From Chiloscyllium plagiosum (Eukaryota): 64,000 bases of DNA. The position numbers and the translations under genes are program-made. How positions within the stretch are numbered: the first letter of the stretch is position 1; every line of letters begins with the position of its first letter. The stretch lies in assembly GCF_004010195.1 (NCBI RefSeq), contig NC_057719.1:73473447-73537446 (forward strand), written 5' to 3'. Positions 1 through 12,369 of the stretch are shown one piece after another. The notes under the pieces were generated by a model. It searched no databases. It saw only the letters and a list, made by a program, of their open reading frames with translations, and was not told the DNA's origin.

Positions 1-265
1 GCACTGCCCCTTGATGTGAAGGGCAGTGTTTGTCACTGGCCACCCGGGTGTTTCCTATCTTCCTGGTGGTGGAAATTGAATAAAGATTCGTGCACTTTGT
101 CTTTCACTGTGTCTCACACCTGCACACACACACCATAGGTTCTGGGGATAAAATAAGCACTACCGCACTTAGGTGGTAGTGTGGGGGTTAAATTAAAAAA
201 AAATGAAAGTAAAAAAAAAATAAATAAACAGGGATTGGTGGGCGCTGCAGGGAGTAAAAAAAAAT
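1..265 (+). mobile_element. Probable 3' end of a poly(A) non-LTR retroelement
   Basis: AATAAA at 79-84, a 9-bp hairpin at 158-181 and A-rich tails at 195-228 and 256-272. Confidence 0.4.
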
Positions 266-274
266 AAAATAAAT

Positions 275-690
275 GCGAATTGAGATTCACCCTCAAGACC
301 AAGCACCTTCATAAGACCACCCATAGGCATAGACTGTGATTTTGCAAAATTAATCTTGCACCCCAAAAAGATGCCAAACGAGCTGATGCATTGTATCAGG
401 CAAGGCACTGAAACTGCTGCGTTTGACAAAAAATGAAGACACCATCCGCGTACAACGAAATCGTATTTAATTTTGACCCCACTTCTGGAGCCAATATACT
501 GGCATCCTTACGAATGGCCTCCATCAGCGGTTCAATCAGCAATGTAAAAAGCAATGGCAAAAGGGGACAGCACTGTCGGCTGCCCCTAAAAATGCTAAAA
601 TTGCTTGATCGTACCCCATTGGTGATGACCGCAGCAAGAGGGTCTGCTGCCCTTATTGAAGCGGTCACGGGGTTGCAAGATGCTAAGTGA
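275..690 (-). mobile_element. L1-clade reverse transcriptase fragment (decayed)
   Basis: RGSRQCCPLLPLLFTLLIEPL (cf. RGTRQGCPLSPLLF), ISLYADG (cf. YADD) and GCKINFAKS (cf. GYKINxxKS), spanning a frameshift. Confidence 0.85.
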
Positions 691-915
691 ATTCTTGCTG
701 TGCATCTCGTAAGTAGTATATACTATTATGAGAGTGTGGAGGACATGGATGCTTGTGGATGTGGCGCCAATCATGCAGGCCGTTTTGTCCTGGATGGTGT
801 CAAGCTTTTTGAGTGTTGTTGGAGCTGCACCCATCACACTCCCGACTTGTGTCTTGTAGTTGGTGGACAGGCCTTAGAGAGTCAGGAGGTGAGTTACTTA
901 CCGCAGTATTCCTAG
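691..915 (-). mobile_element. Fragment of the APE-RT LINE family seen at 55530-59415
   Basis: MGAAPTTLKKLDTIQDKTA is near-identical to the 58788-59039 peptide WMGAAPTAFKKLDIIQDKTA. Confidence 0.8.
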
Positions 916-1693
916 CATTATTTCAATATTCTGCTCTATCACATTTGATGTGACTGCGTTTTGTGTGTGAAACTCAAAACTTATATGCGTTGTACTCCAA
1001 AGTTAGCAATTATATGATCTACAGAGGGTCCTTTGAACTCAACAGCCACCCTTTATTTGTTGCAACTAGTGCATTCATGTCTGGAAAAAACTGGCTTGCA
1101 CAGAAGACTTGGAGACAGCAAAAACTTCTTTGGCATCAACCACACCCCAAAACCTCCCGTCAGTTTAAACAGCCATAAAATTCACTGTACGCTTGTGGAA
1201 TCAAAAACAATTGCCAAATAAATCAACAATTAACCTGTTAGCAGTAGATGATCCCTCTGGTAAGGTATTCTTCCCGTTCCTCAACATAAGTGTAGCTGTA
1301 CCACATAACACAGGATATTAATTGGAATGCTGAGCTTCAAAATGGCAGCACTGATTTCAAATCTAAGCTGCACACAGTGACACCATGATCTATCTGCAGA
1401 GCTCCTGCAGTGTGCAAAAGGCAGTGAAGCCTTCCTCAATATGGATCTGGCTTATGTACTCAAATTATGGTGGTGATGGGGGGGGGGGGGGGGAGAGACT
1501 CCAGTTTTTCAGTGGGATTTAACCTCTTGGAGAATAACCAGGTGACACATCTAAAACTAGACAGAAACTTTTATAAAATTGGGTTGGGGAGAAAATTAGT
1601 CTTAAAACTTATGGATCAAAAAAAAATCTACAGATGCAGGAACAAAAACAGAAATTGCTGGCCAAACTCAGCAAGCCTGGCAGCATCTGTGAA

Positions 1694-1965
1694 GTGGTGC
1701 AGCCCAGGGCTCAGTGGTTAGCACTGTAGTCTCACAGCATTCCATTCTTGGATGACTGCCTGTGTGGAGTTTGCACATTCTCCCTTTGTCTGTGTGGGTT
1801 TCCTTTAGGTGCTCTGGTTTCCTCCCACAGTTCAAAGATGTGCAGGTTTGGTGGATTAGCCATTGTAGGGGGGTTTAGGGTTTGAGTGGAGTACCCTTCG
1901 GAGGGTCAGTGCAGAACTCGATGGGCCAAATGGCCTCCTTCCACACACTCTAGAAATTCTATGAT
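1694..1965 (+). mobile_element. HE1-like tRNA-derived V-SINE
   Basis: GCTCAGTGGTTAGCACTG head and GGTTTCCTCCCACAGTTCAAAGATGTGCAGG V-domain core. It interrupts an older fold-back repeat at about 1625-2075. Confidence 0.8.
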
Positions 1966-2834
1966 AAGTAAGAAACAGAGTTAATGCTTCAGAGTCACTG
2001 GCCTTGAAAAGTTAACTGCACTTCTATTTGTCTAGGTGCTCCCAGATCTGCTGAGTTTTGCCCCTAAAACTCTTAGGGCAGGCATCAGGAAATGCTCCTG
2101 AAATAAAATATTGTGAGACCTTGCAGTGACATCGGAAAAAGGTTTCCTCTTTGTAATTATGTAGGAAGCAACTGCTTGTAACTGAGGTGAGGATTTGCCT
2201 GCTTGAATACATCTCTCCATGAAGAACCCCATCCTCACTCCCCCTCAGTACCTGCACAGGCATTGTGCTCCAACTCTTCTGCTGTTATATCAAAGGCTGC
2301 ATTGGTGCAGCATCCTGCACCCAGGCTGAACTGAAGCAGTTCACAGACTTGGCCCACAACTTCCAGGTGGACTTTTACTACAAACCTACATCTTCTCCAT
2401 CCAGTATCCTGCAAGAACTCCATCCCTTTTCCTAATTCCTCCGCCTCCACCGCATCTACTCAGACAAGGAGACATTCCACTCGCAAGCATCCCAGATGTC
2501 CACCTACTTTGAACAACTTGCTTTTCCTCCTCCCCATCATCCAGACAGCTCTTTGCCGCACCACCTCCATTCCCTGCTCTGCTGCTCTAAACACCACACC
2601 CCCAACACAATAAAGACAGTCCGCCTGGTCCTCACTGACTACCCCACCACTTTCCACATCCAACACTTCATCCTTAAACACTTCTGCCAACTGCAACTAG
2701 ACTCCCACAACCAAGAACATCTTCCCGTCCCCAGCCCTCTCTGCCTTCCACAAGGCCTGTTCCCTTCAATAGTCCTTGGTTTGTGCCACTCTCCCCATGG
2801 ATTCTCCCCCCCTCTCCAAGTACGTTCCCCTGCA

Positions 2835-3610
2835 NNNNNNNNNNNNNNNNNNNNNNNNNNNNNNNNNNNNNNNNNNNNNNNNNNNNNNNNNNNNNNNNNN
2901 NNNNNNNNNNNNNNNNNNNNNNNNNNNNNNNNNNNNNNNNNNNNNNNNNNNNNNNNNNNNNNNNNNNNNNNNNNNNNNNNNNNNNNNNNNNNNNNNNNNN
3001 NNNNNNNNNNNNNNNNNNNNNNNNNNNNNNNNNNNNNNNNNNNNNNNNNNNNNNNNNNNNNNNNNNNNNNNNNNNNNNNNNNNNNNNNNNNNNNNNNNNN
3101 NNNNNNNNNNNNNNNNNNNNNNNNNNNNNNNNNNNNNNNNNNNNNNNNNNNNNNNNNNNNNNNNNNNNNNNNNNNNNNNNNNNNNNNNNNNNNNNNNNNN
3201 NNNNNNNNNNNNNNNNNNNNNNNNNNNNNNNNNNNNNNNNNNNNNNNNNNNNNNNNNNNNNNNNNNNNNNNNNNNNNNNNNNNNNNNNNNNNNNNNNNNN
3301 NNNNNNNNNNNNNNNNNNNNNNNNNNNNNNNNNNNNNNNNNNNNNNNNNNNNNNNNNNNNNNNNNNNNNNNNNNNNNNNNNNNNNNNNNNNNNNNNNNNN
3401 NNNNNNNNNNNNNNNNNNNNNNNNNNNNNNNNNNNNNNNNNNNNNNNNNNNNNNNNNNNNNNNNNNNNNNNNNNNNNNNNNNNNNNNNNNNNNNNNNNNN
3501 NNNNNNNNNNNNNNNNNNNNNNNNNNNNNNNNNNNNNNNNNNNNNNNNNNNNNNNNNNNNNNNNNNNNNNNNNNNNNNNNNNNNNNNNNNNNNNNNNNNN
3601 NNNNNNNNNN
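2835..3610. other. Assembly gap (776 N)
   Basis: Run of n; the ORFs spanning it are artefacts. Confidence 1.
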
Positions 3611-3976
3611 TAAAGTGTTGAGCCACGGGGTGGTTGGGTTGGTTGGTCCGGGTGTCCCAGAGGTGTTCTCTGAAACGTTCCGCAAGTAGGCGACCTGTCC
3701 CCCCAATATAGAGAAGGCCACATCGGGTGCAGAGGATGCAATAGATGATGTGTGTGGAGGTGCAGGTGAATTTGTGGCGGACATGGAAGTGTCCCTTGGG
3801 GCTTTGGAAGGAAGTAAGGGGGGAGGTGTGAAACAGGACGGTCTTCACCCTCCATTCCACTACCACCAACCAGATTCATTGCTCCCATTGACCAACCAGG
3901 TCATACCCTCTACCTATCTTTACCTATCCCCACTTCACCCCCTTTACCTCCAGCTCCCCCCTACAACACCCCCCAC

Positions 3977-4007
3977 TCCTGAAGAAGGGTTACACCCGAA
4001 ACATCGA
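3977..4007 (+). ncRNA. Minimal hammerhead ribozyme motif (Neptune family)
   Basis: TC CTGAAGA A GGGT TAC ACCC GAAA CATC GA. Confidence 0.6.
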
Positions 4008-4049
4008 TTTCTCCGATTCCTGATGCTGCCTGTCTATTTCGGATTTCAG

Positions 4050-4330
4050 AATCTACCATTTCTTCCGCCTCTCACTCTCCTGCCGCCGCTCTTTGAAAGC
4101 TGCAACTTTATTGATTTTCTCGGTGCCGTTTGACTCGGGGCGTGGGCTCGTCTCGCGAGAGTTGGTGGGGCTGTGAGGTCATTCGGCAGCGACGGAGCCC
4201 GTCTCGAGCCCACCTTGTGGGGTGGGGGAGGATGATGATTTGAATTTGAATTGTACCGGCTTTTAACGGCTGCGGGATGTGCGCGGGCTGCGTTCAGAAG
4301 GAGTATCCCGAGCGGGTGAGAGCATAGCTC
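4050..4330 (+). promoter_or_regulatory. CHURC1: CpG-rich CHURC1 promoter/5'UTR with TCTCGCGAGA palindrome (4151-4160)
   Basis: Local CpG enrichment in an otherwise CpG-depleted window. Perfect TCTCGCGAGA (BANP/ZBTB33-type housekeeping motif) and an ETS-like CTTCCG at 4062-4067, directly upstream of the exon 1 ATG. Confidence 0.75.
4277..4315 (+). CDS. CHURC1: Churchill zinc-binding protein, coding exon 1 (MCAGCVQKEYPER)
   Basis: ATG at 4277 gives 13 codons followed by the donor GTGAG at 4316. The peptide matches the Churchill N-terminus (MCxxCVxKEYPxR). Confidence 0.95.
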
Positions 4331-5604
4331 CGGTCACAGCGGGGAGGGGAAAGAGATGTTAAAAACGCAGCTCAACAGTTCGGCCCCTCGTCTCCTTCCT
4401 GGCTGTGGTTAAGCTCTCTCTCTCTCTCTGTCCAGCTCTTCCCTCACGTTCCCCCCAGTTATTTCAAATATGATCAGGATCCCTGCCTGCCTCCTTGTTC
4501 AGCCGCTAAGTCCCAGCCCAATGAGGGATGACTTTTGACAATGGCCGATATCCCCAGCGACCTTTGGGAGCCCGAAACTGCCTCAGTTCAAGGAGAGGCA
4601 TCCCTGTAGAAGTCAATCTCTGATCAGGCCAGGCGGAGACCAAGCGCAAATACTGTATTAGGGGAAGGGTGTGTGGAAAGCCAAGCATCCCACTTACTTC
4701 TTTCAACAAATGTATGACCTATGGTGGGCTGTGGGTTCAGCACTGATTGGGCACTCAATGGAAGGGAGTCATCCTCTGTCCCAAGTGACTGAGAGGAAGT
4801 ATTCTATGGCACTGCCTTGCTTCTGTTGATTAAACAAGCAGATAAACTTCACAGAAATGAACTTGGGACACAATACCTTGACACAGTTTAAGTTAGGCTT
4901 GTTAAACTAACCTTTACTGCAGCATCCAATGCACCTCCCTGTCATGTGGTGTCATCCTTGTCTACGTTTATAAGACCACTTTCTTTGATTTGCTTGGTGT
5001 TTGTTTTCTGTATTTCTCCTGTTAAAAAAATGGTAGAGCTGGGTATGTTTAAATGTGTGTGTGAGCTCTGTCAATTACTCTTGGATATTATTCCAGTCTT
5101 TTCTTTTGAAGTTGGTATCTGTTGGAGGAATATGTAAATTGAAAGGCATGGTTTCTCACATGGGTGAAATGGCGTAATGTATATACAAACTGGCATAGTT
5201 GGTCAGCAGTTCGTTCTTGAACAGAATTCCAGTATTTCCTGCTTTGTGATGGGGATTAACTTGATGGACACTTGGTTCATTGTCTGAACTCATGCTTAAA
5301 GTAGTTTTCTCCCAATTTGTTTCTTCCTATACTGAAGTTATTGAATCCTTGTAGCGACTTGATTTTATGGTTTTCAGTTCTCTATTAATATGTGAGTCTT
5401 CACAAACTATTCAGCAATGTATGCCATTTATTACCTGATGGACATACAATGCTACATCGTGGTATGGAAACTTGGTCTAAAATCCCTACCTTTATTCAAT
5501 GCTGATTTAGCATGTCTGTTGCTACCTTAGTTAGTGTTAAGAAACTGAACAAAGAAGTAATGTTGGTATTAAGACTGTATTTGGCTGTTTTGCTCTTTAT
5601 TTTG

Positions 5605-6175
5605 GTTGACCCAACCCAAAACAACTCACTTGATTGGCACCACATCAACAAACATGCACTTCCTCCACTACCGATGCTCAGCAGCAGCCACTATGTATAC
5701 TATCTGCAACGTGCACTGCAGAAATTCACCAAAGATCCTCATATGTAACCTTCCAAGCCCATGGTCGTATCCATGTCGAAGGAGAGAGATATGGGCTAAT
5801 AGCAGGCAAATGGGACTAGTTCAGTTTAGGAAACTAGGTCAGCATGGACTAGTTTGTCCAAAGAGTCTTTTTTTTGTGTGCTGTATGACTGTGTGGCTCT
5901 CTGACAATTGTAGCAGATACTTGGGACCACATCACAATCCCCTTCCAGCCTCTCACCATCCTGACTTGGAAATATATCACCATTCCTTCACTGTCACTGG
6001 GTCGAAATTCTGGAATTCCTTCCCTAATGACATTGTGGCTCAACCTACAGCAGGTGGACTGCAGCAGTTCAAGAAGGCAGCTTACCATCACCTTCTTAAG
6101 GGCAGGATAGGGCTGTGCAATAAAAGCTGACCAGCCAGCAATTCCCATATTTCCATGAATGAATAAAAAAAAAAC
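5605..6175 (+). mobile_element. 3' end of the APE-RT LINE family (55530-59415 type), interrupted by a CR1 tail at about 5780-5892
   Basis: WNSFPNDIV..GGLQQFKKAAYHHLLKG and an ATGAATGAATAAAAAAA tail, matching 59156-59415. Confidence 0.8.
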
Positions 6176-6677
6176 TCCAGGTTATTTTGAATTAAGTATT
6201 TTTAAGGGTTATACATTTAGAAAATACTGCCTCTTCACTTTGAATGCATAAGGACTGAAAAACATGCTGGAGAATCTGTAAACCACTTTTTCATCCAAAG
6301 GATGTTGGAATCCAATATGATGAAAGTCTCTCTGAGGGTGGTAAGTGAGACACTCCTGAGCAGAGATGGGCCTCAACAGGAATTAGTAAACTCACTTTAC
6401 AAGATTGGAAAGTAGGAAAAGGGATATGTGGTGTAGCGTAATGGATTAACTGATCATCTTCTGCACTCTAAAACTTCTGTGATATGGTTTTGCCAGTATC
6501 CTATTTAACTGAAGCATAACCTTTTTACCTTTATGCTGAATTCCTCTTATAATTAGGTCAACATCTCATTAGTCTCTTCCTTACTTGCTGTGTATGCATA
6601 ACTAACATTTTATCGTTCATATACCAAAGCACCTAAATCCCTTTACACATTGGAATTCTACAGCTTCATTCGGAAGC

Positions 6678-6717
6678 TCACTGAAGATGTTATCTAGTAC
6701 GGTGACGAAACATCTGA
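6678..6717 (+). ncRNA. Minimal hammerhead ribozyme motif (Poseidon family) in a solo pseudo-LTR, CHURC1 intron 1 sense strand
   Basis: TCA CTGAAGA T GTTATC TAGTAC GGTGAC GAAA CATC TGA: stem I is TCA/TGA and stem II is 6 bp with G-U pairs. Confidence 0.65.
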
Positions 6718-7344
6718 AAATGAACTTGCCAGCTCAGCAAGCAAATCTACATTCACATTCTACAGTCATTCTCCCATTAAGTAATATTATTTCCTGTGAA
6801 GGTGACCATTTTGATATTATATTTCATCTGGCATTTTATGCTGTGGTCCATCTTTGTCCACTCACTTGTACTATCCGTATCCATCTGCAACTTGCTATTA
6901 CTTTTGTACCTACCTTGGTGATGTTTGTGAATTTGACTACCATGCATTTGCTCCTCTCTTCTAAGTAAAATAAGATTTGATATAGATTCAAATAGTGATT
7001 GGTTATTAGTTTGTGGTGCATTTTAAATGTAATAGTGCATTACAAAGTTTCTACTTGTAGGGTGCTCAGAATAGTATATTAGTTGCTGCCTTAGACCTGA
7101 CTTCATTTTTGGATGTTAGTTGAGAGTAGAAGGCAGTATGGTTGAGATGATCTGTATAATAAATGGTCTTCAGTCTGCAGCAGCATCTGATTGTTTCCTG
7201 TGTAAGTTGGTAGGATGCTACTGTCAGTGAAGCCTTGCTTCAGGGTGAGTAACAATTTCAACTGAAAGAAAGACCATTGTGTAAATGCAAACTGTGGCAT
7301 TTCTCTCGAGTGATATCATGGAAAGTGATTTTGTTAAAAAAAGA

Positions 7345-8020
7345 TTTGTAGCTCAGGTTGAGGTTCTGGATGTACATTTGCTCGCTGAGCTGAAAGGTTT
7401 GTTTTCAGACTTTTTGTCACCATATTAGGTAACATCATCAGTGAGCCTCCGGCGAAGTGCTGGTGGTATGTCCCACTTTCTATTTATGTGCTTAGGTTTC
7501 TTTGGGTGGGTGATGTCATTTCCAGTCCTTTTTCTCAGAGGATGGTAGATGGGGCCCAAATTGATGTGTTTATTTAGAGTTCCATTTGGAATGCCATGTT
7601 TCAAGAAATTCTCATGCGTGTCTCTGTTTGGCTCGTCCTCGGATGGATGTGTTATTCCAGTTAAAGTGATGTTCTTTTAACTGTATGTGAGGATTCTAGT
7701 GATAATGGGTCATGTCTTTCTGTAGCTAGTTGATGTTCGTGTATCTTGGTGGCTAGTTTTCTGCCTTTGAGCAATGTAGTGTTTGTTACAGTCCTTGCAA
7801 GGTATTTCATAAATGACATTCGTTTTGCTTGTTGTTGGTATAGGGTCTTTTTATTAGTTGCTGTTTTAGTGTCTTGGTAGGTTTTTGGGCTAGCATGATG
7901 CAAAGGGGTCTGAATAGTCTGGAAGTCATTTCAGAGATATCTTTGATGTAGGGTAAAGTGATCAGGGTTTCTGGATGTGTTGTATCTGCTTGTATGGACT
8001 TGTTACTGAGGAATCGGCAG
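7345..8020 (-). mobile_element. Penelope/Poseidon-type PLE 3' fragment
   Basis: TLITLPYIKDISE..RLFRP and GRKLATKIHEHQLATERHDPLS. The pseudo-LTR carries a decayed hammerhead at 7405-7444. Confidence 0.85.
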
Positions 8021-8525
8021 ATCAGCGCTCTCGCCACGTCCCTTAGTTCCTTTATTGTTCACAAGAAAATCTTAGCTTTAAGAACGTTTAATGAAGTAAT
8101 ATCAACTACTTCACTGGGCAAGGAATTCCATAGATTTACAACCTTCTGGGTGAAGAAGTCCCTTCTCAATTTAGTCCAAAATCTGCTCCTTCTAATCTTG
8201 AGGCTATGCCCTCTTGTCCTAGTCTCTCCTGCCAGTGAAAACATCCTCTTTACTTCCATCTTATCTATTCCTTTCATAATTTTATGTTTCTATAAGATCC
8301 CCTGGTTCATTCTTCTGAATTCCAATGAATATAATCCCAGTCTACTCAGTCTTTCCTCCTAGCTAACCCCCTCAACTCCAGAATCAACCTAGTGAACCTC
8401 CTTCACACCCCCTCCAGAGCCGTCCTTTCTCAGGTAAGGAGACCAAAACTGCATGCAGTAGTCCAGGTGTGGCCTCCCCAGAGCTGCAACATAACCTCCC
8501 TGCTTTTAAACTCAATCACTTTAGT

Positions 8526-8880
8526 AATGAGGGGCATGGATAGGATAAGTAGACAAAGTCTTTTCCCTGGGGTAGGTGAGTCCAGAACTAGAGGGCATCG
8601 GTTTCGGGTGAGAGGCGAAAGACATAAAAGAGACCTATGGGGCAACTTTTTCACTGGGAGGGTGGTACGTGTATAGAATGAGCTGCCAGAGGAAGTGGTG
8701 GAGGCTAGTACAATTGCAACATTTAAAAGGCATCTGGATGAGTATATGAATAGGAAGGGTTTGGAGGGATATGGGCCAGGAGCTGGCAGGTGGGACTAGA
8801 TTGGGATAGGATATCTGGTCGGCATGGACAAGTTGGACCGAAAGGTCTGTTTCTGTGCTGTAGATCTCTACGACTCTGTG
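8526..8880 (+). mobile_element. Young 5'-truncated CR1 3' fragment nested in the older CR1
   Basis: MRGMDRISRQSLFPGVGESRTRGH..FFTGRVV plus a CTCTACGACTCT tail. Near-identical to 55017-55372 and 56684-57035. Confidence 0.9.
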
Positions 8881-9872
8881 AAGGACAAAATTTCATTTGC
8901 CTTCCAAATTACTTATTGTACCTGCAAACCAACCCTCTGTGATTCATGGACAAGGACACCCATGACCCTCTGCATAGCAGCATGCTGCAACTTTGTACCA
9001 TTCAAGTAATAATCCTTTTTACTGTTATTTCTATCAAAATGGATAACTTCACATTTATAAACATTGTATTCCATCTGCCAAACCTTTGCCCACTCACTTA
9101 AAAGTATCTCTGTTCCTCTGCAAAGTTTCACAGTCCTCTGCACACTTTGCTTTGCCACTTATCTTAGTGACATCAGCAAACTTTGACACACTAAACGTGA
9201 TCCCCAACTGCAAATGATATATATAAATTATGAATAATGCAGTCCAAGACTAATCCTTGAGGCACACCACTAGTCACTGATTGATTGTCAACCAGAACAG
9301 CACACATTTATCCCCACTCTTTGCTTCCTGTTAGTCAACCAATCCTCTATCCATGCTAATACTTTACCTGTAAAGTTATGCATCTTTATCTTATGCAGCA
9401 ACCTCTTGCATGGACCTTGTCGAAGGCCTTTTGGAAGTCTAGGTACACCACATCAACTGGATTCCTGTTGTCCACTTGCTCGTAATGTCTTCATAGGATT
9501 CCAAAAGATTTGTTAAGCATGACCTACCAAACGAGATGCAGTTCTTGATTTATTTCTTTCTTGAAAATAGACTCAAGTATCTTCCCCATTATAGAGGTTA
9601 AGCTACCTGGTCTATAATTCCCCATCTTTTACCTACCTCCCTTTTTAAACAGTGGTGTCATTTTTGCTGTTTTCCATTCTGCTAGGACTGCCGCAGAGTC
9701 CAGCGAATTTTGGAAAATTACCCCCAGTGCACTTGCTATTTCTCCCACTATCTCTTTTGGTACCCTGGTGTCGTCCTTGAATATCAGAGCTGCACCACCT
9801 CCCTTATTAGGGCCAGGAGACTTGTCTATCCTTAGCTGTATTAGCTTGCCCAACATTACCTGTTCTGTAATA

Positions 9873-9973
9873 ATTTGGAGATGCCGGTGTTGGACTGGGG
9901 TGTACAAAGTTAAAAATCACACTTCCAGTTAAACCTGTTGGACTATAACCTGGTGTTGTGTAATTTTTAACTT
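9873..9973. mobile_element. 101-bp fold-back insertion (probably PLE-tail derived) with 12-bp TSD
   Basis: TSD TGTTCTGTAATA at 9861-9872 and 9974-9985. Internal inverted repeat ACAAAGTTAAAAATCACAC / GTGTAATTTTTAACTTTGT. Confidence 0.7.
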
Positions 9974-12245
9974 TGTTCTGTAATAGTAATTGTTTCCAGG
10001 TCCTCACCTACCTTCGTCAATTATTGGCATGTTATTGGTGTCCTCCAGTGTGAAAACTGATACAAAATACCTATTCGATGCCTTGGCCATTTCATGATAT
10101 CCCATAACTAAATGCCCCTTCTCATCCTCTAAAGGACCTACATTTATTTGAGCCACTTTTTCTCATTTTATGTATTTATAGAAACCTTTGCTGTCTTTAT
10201 ATTCTGTGCGAGTTTCTTTTCTCATTTTTTATCTTACTTTTCTTTTTAGCTCTTTTTGTGGCTTTCTGTTGACTTTTAAAGTTTTCCCCACCATCTAATT
10301 TCATACTGTTCTCGGCCATTTTGTATACCCTCTCTTTCAATTTGGCAGCCTCCTTTATTTCCTTAGACACCTATGGCAGATTACCTTTTTCTTACAGTCC
10401 TCCTTTTTCACTGGATTATACTTTTGCTGAGCACTTTGAAAAATTGTTTTGAAAGTCCTCCACTGCTTGTCAACTGTCCCACCATAAACTCTTTGTTTCC
10501 AATCTACTTTAGCCAAGTGCTCCCTCATTCTATTGTAGTCTCCCTTGTTTCAGCACAGGATCCTGGAATTGGATTTTATCTTCACACTCTTTATCTGTAT
10601 TCTAAATTCACCCATACTTTGATCACTCCTTCTAAGAGGATCCGTAACTATGAGGTCATTAATTATTCTGTCTCTTACACAGGACCAGATCTAGGATAGT
10701 TTGCTTCCTCGTCGGTTCCATTACATGCTGTTCAAGAAAACTGTCGTGGATACACAAACGAACACCACCTCGAGGCTACCCAGAACGAGCTGGTTCGACC
10801 AATCTACATGTAGATTAAACTTCCCCATGATAATTGCTGTACCAATTTTACAGGCATTAGTTATTTCTTTGTTTATTACCTGCCCCAATGTGATGTTATT
10901 ATTTGGTGGCCCATAGAGTACACTTATCAATGACCTTTTCTTCTTAGAATTTCTAGTTTCCACCCAAATGGATTCAGCCTTAGGCTCCATAGAACCTATA
11001 TCATTTCTCAGCACTGCCCTGATGTCATCCTTGAATATCAGAGCAACACCACCTCCCTTACCTTCCTGTCTGTCTTTCCAAATATCTGATACCCCTGGGT
11101 ATTTAACTCCCAGTCGTGACCATCCTGTAACCATGTCTCTGTAATGGCTAAAAATCATATTCATTCATGATGATTTGTGCCGTTAACTCATTGACCTTGT
11201 TGCGAATGTTATGAGCATCCAGGTAAAGTGCCCTTATGCTAGCTTTCTTACCGTCATGATTTCCAGCATCTCTAATAATATGTCCTGAGTTATCCTTCCT
11301 TTTTACTCTTTTCATACTGACCTGTACTTAAACCCTTCTGTGCACGTGCTAACCTGCTGCTTACCTTTTTATTTACCATCATACTTCCTGTCGTTATCCC
11401 TTCCCGTCCCCCCCGACTCACTAGTTTAAAGCCCTAGTGACCACCCTATTTGTCATTTTCCCTAGAACACTGGTTCCAGATCAGTTCAGGTGGAGACCAT
11501 CCCATTGGTACAGATCCTTCCAGTTCCAAAACTGATGCCCCGTGAAATCTTTCACACGTCACTCCCTTAGCCACATGTTTACTTCCCTAATTTTCTTATC
11601 CCTAAGCCAATTTGCACGTGGCACGGGCAGTAATCCAGAGATTATGACCCTTTTGTTCCTTGTGCTTGATAATCCCCAAACTGGTCCTCCATCCTCGCCT
11701 TGCCTATGTTGTTTGTCCCAACATGGACCACAACTGGATCCTCTCCCTCCCGCTTGAATATCCTTTCAAGCCGGTCAGAGATGTCCTGCACCCTCACATT
11801 GGGCAGGCATGACACTGTGCGGGACTGCTGATCTGGCTTGCAAAGGATACTATCTGTCCCCCTAATTGTAGAATCCACTATAACTACCACTTGTCTTATT
11901 GCTCCCCCTTCTTGAATGGTCATCTGCAGCATGGTGCCGTGGTCAGCTGGCTCATCTTCCTCACAACCCTTTTCCTCAACCACACAGGGAGCAAGCATCT
12001 CATACCTGTTGGATAAGGTCAAGGGCTGAGGCTCCTCCAATCCTGAACTCAGGATCCTCCTACCTGCCTCACTTGCAATCACACCCTGTTGTCCCTGATC
12101 ACTAACTGAATTTGAATTACTTAATCTACCAGGTGTGACTGCCTCCCGAAACAAAGCATCCAAGTAACTGCAAGGTTTGTGAAGGTTTGTAGCTCAGGTT
12201 GAGGTATAGGGTGTAGGTTTGCTCACTAAGCTGTAGGTTTGATAT

Positions 12246-12285
12246 CCAGACATTTCATTACCTGGCTAGGTAACATCATCAGTGG
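12246..12285 (-). ncRNA. Minimal hammerhead ribozyme motif (Poseidon family), left arm
   Basis: Reverse complement reads CCA CTGATGA T GTTACC TAGCCA GGTAAT GAAA TGTC TGG. Confidence 0.7.
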
Positions 12286-12369
12286 TGACCTCCAAGTGAA
12301 GCAAAGCTGTTGTCTCCTGCTTTCTAGAAAGAAAGCAGGAGACAACAGCTTCGCTTCACTTGGAGGTCA

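Larger units (their letters stand above)
2235..4035. mobile_element. Neptune-type Penelope-like element, rearranged around the gap
   Basis: The + strand RT-thumb/linker ends in ..TFPC at 2834. A - strand GIY-YIG domain (IIYCILCTRCGLLYIGGTGRLLAERFREH..PVAQHF) lies at 3611-3830, and a + strand pseudo-LTR with hammerhead motif at about 3840-4035. Confidence 0.8.

Noticed and set aside
1235..1410. Possible - strand exon of a divergent gene (CAG acceptor near 1408, CAG|GTTAAT donor near 1235)
   Set aside because: Weak donor and no recognisable peptide; unsupported without transcripts.
2496..3888. Longest ORFs in the track (276-404 aa)
   Set aside because: Artefacts of reading through the N gap; the real flanks are PLE fragments.
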